A DNA stretch of 64,000 nucleotides, taken from contig CAWBZV010000002.1 in NCBI GenBank assembly GCA_963793305.1, positions 96,001 through 160,000 on the forward strand. Direction: 5' to 3'. The translations under genes and the position numbers were made by a program. Source of the stretch: an uncultured Gemmatimonadales bacterium. GTDB lineage: Bacteria; Gemmatimonadota; Gemmatimonadetes; Gemmatimonadales; Gemmatimonadaceae. Positions 62,901-64,000 of the stretch are shown here, piece by piece (position 1 is the stretch's first letter; each line of letters opens with the position of its first letter). The notes beneath the pieces are model-generated. The model saw only the letters and a list, made by a program, of their open reading frames with translations, was not told the DNA's origin and did not search any database.

Positions 62901-64000
62901 GCACCGTCATTCTATCGATGGGTTGACGGTTGTGCACGTCGACACCGAACGCGGGTGGCGCGGCGGGCAACGCCAGGCCCTCTGGCTCGCCGGCGCGCTG
63001 GAGGATCTCGGCGTGCATTCTGTTCTTGCCGCCCGACCGGGCGAACCCCTCGCCTCGCGTGCTCAGGCGGCTGCTCTTGACGTATTCCCCCTACGTCCAT
63101 TCGCCGAGTTCGACCCGGTGGCGGTGGCCTCTTTACACCGATTGATCCGCCGCAGCGGAGCGCAGATCGTCCACGCGCATAGTGGTCATGCGGTTGGCTT
63201 GGGCGCATTGGCCACCCTCGGCACGCGCGCCCACCTCGTCGTGACCCGCCGCGTCGATTTTCTGCTGCGACGAAACCCGGGTACCCGCTGGAAGTACTCG
63301 CGCGCGAAGGCGATCATCGCCATTTCATCCGCGGTCGCCGCCGCGCTTCGATCGAGCGGCATCTCGCCCGAGCGGATAACCATCATCCCGAGCGGGATCG
63401 ATCTCGATCGCCGCGTGACGCCCGCGTCCCAAACAGTACTTTCGACGCTGGGCGTGCCGCCCGGCTCGCCCCTGGTCGTACAGGTGGCGCAGCTCGTGGA
63501 TCACAAGGACCCGTTGACGTTCGTCAGAGCGGTGAAAGCCGCGCGCAAAGAAGTCCCGGCCCTTCGCGCGCTCCTGGTAGGCAACGGATATCTGTCGGCC
63601 GAGGTGATTGCCGCCGTGCGCGCGGCGGGATTGCGCAACGTCCTCCAGGTGCTCGGCTATCGCCAAGACGCCGACGCGCTGATCTCGGCGGCGGATGTCG
63701 TCACCTTGAGCTCGCGCGAAGAAGGCCTCGGCACGGTCCTCCTGGACGCGATGGCCTTCGGCGGCGCCGTCGCCGCGACACGTGCCGGCGGGATCCCGGA
63801 GATCATCGAGGACGGCGTCAGTGGGCTGCTCGCGCCGGTCGGCGACGGACCGGCCCTCGGCGCGGCCATCGCCCGTTTGCTCTCCGACGCCAGCCTGGCG
63901 GAAAGAATCAAACAGGCAGCGCGTCAAAAAGTCCGCGAATTCTCCGTCCAGCGAACCGCTGAGCGCTCGTTGGCCGTTTACAAGGAGGCGTGCCAACAGT
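62899..64000 (+). CDS. GT4-family glycosyltransferase (stop codon lies beyond the window end)
   Basis: Not in the ORF track; translated by hand: HVDTERGWRGGQRQ, VHAHSGHA, TRRVDF, SSREEGLGTVLLDAMA, TRAGGIPEII. Start is ATG 62899 or TTG 62923. Confidence 0.9.
   Translation, partial: MHRHSIDGLTVVHVDTERGWRGGQRQALWLAGALEDLGVHSVLAARPGEPLASRAQAAALDVFPLRPFAEFDPVAVASLHRLIRRSGAQIVHAHSGHAVGLGALATLGTRAHLVVTRRVDFLLRRNPGTRWKYSRAKAIIAISSAVAAALRSSGISPERITIIPSGIDLDRRVTPASQTVLSTLGVPPGSPLVVQVAQLVDHKDPLTFVRAVKAARKEVPALRALLVGNGYLSAEVIAAVRAAGLRNVLQVLGYRQDADALISAADVVTLSSREEGLGTVLLDAMAFGGAVAATRAGGIPEIIEDGVSGLLAPVGDGPALGAAIARLLSDASLAERIKQAARQKVREFSVQRTAERSLAVYKEACQQ

Overview
High-GC, very compact bacterial chromosome segment. 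The gene repertoire (SusC/SusD pairs, LPS enzymes, split atp operon, dnaE-accA-ricT-metG run) suggests Gemmatimonadota; this is an inference, not a search result. Left to right: a HAMP sensor kinase (cut by the window edge), tag, csp, an SDR, an F1-only atpAGDC operon, a putative outer-membrane protein, an EAL protein, waaA and dsbA. Next is an 11-kb, tightly coupled 10-gene envelope operon that resembles the core of the myxobacterial Agl-Glt machinery but carries different outer-membrane components. It encodes two YjbH/GfcD-like barrels with coiled-coil tails, a coiled-coil periplasmic protein, two large TPR proteins, a GltF-like protein, a MotA/TolQ/ExbB protein, two ExbD proteins and an AgmX/PglI-type TonB-like protein. 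Then come a TPM / nucleotidyltransferase-like / TonB-C lipoprotein / LemA unit, four SusD-like lipoproteins with three SusC transporters and no recognisable CAZymes, an M23 peptidase, metG-ricT-accA-dnaE, an aminopeptidase, a thiO-lipA-pdhABC-lpdA-lipB-uvrD-dinB run and glycosyltransferases. Six single-base insertions break five genes, including the essential metG. All six sit at GACGTC or GATGC/GCATC motifs, which points to motif-linked (possibly methylation-linked) sequencing errors rather than pseudogenes. No rRNA, tRNA, CRISPR array or mobile element was recognised.
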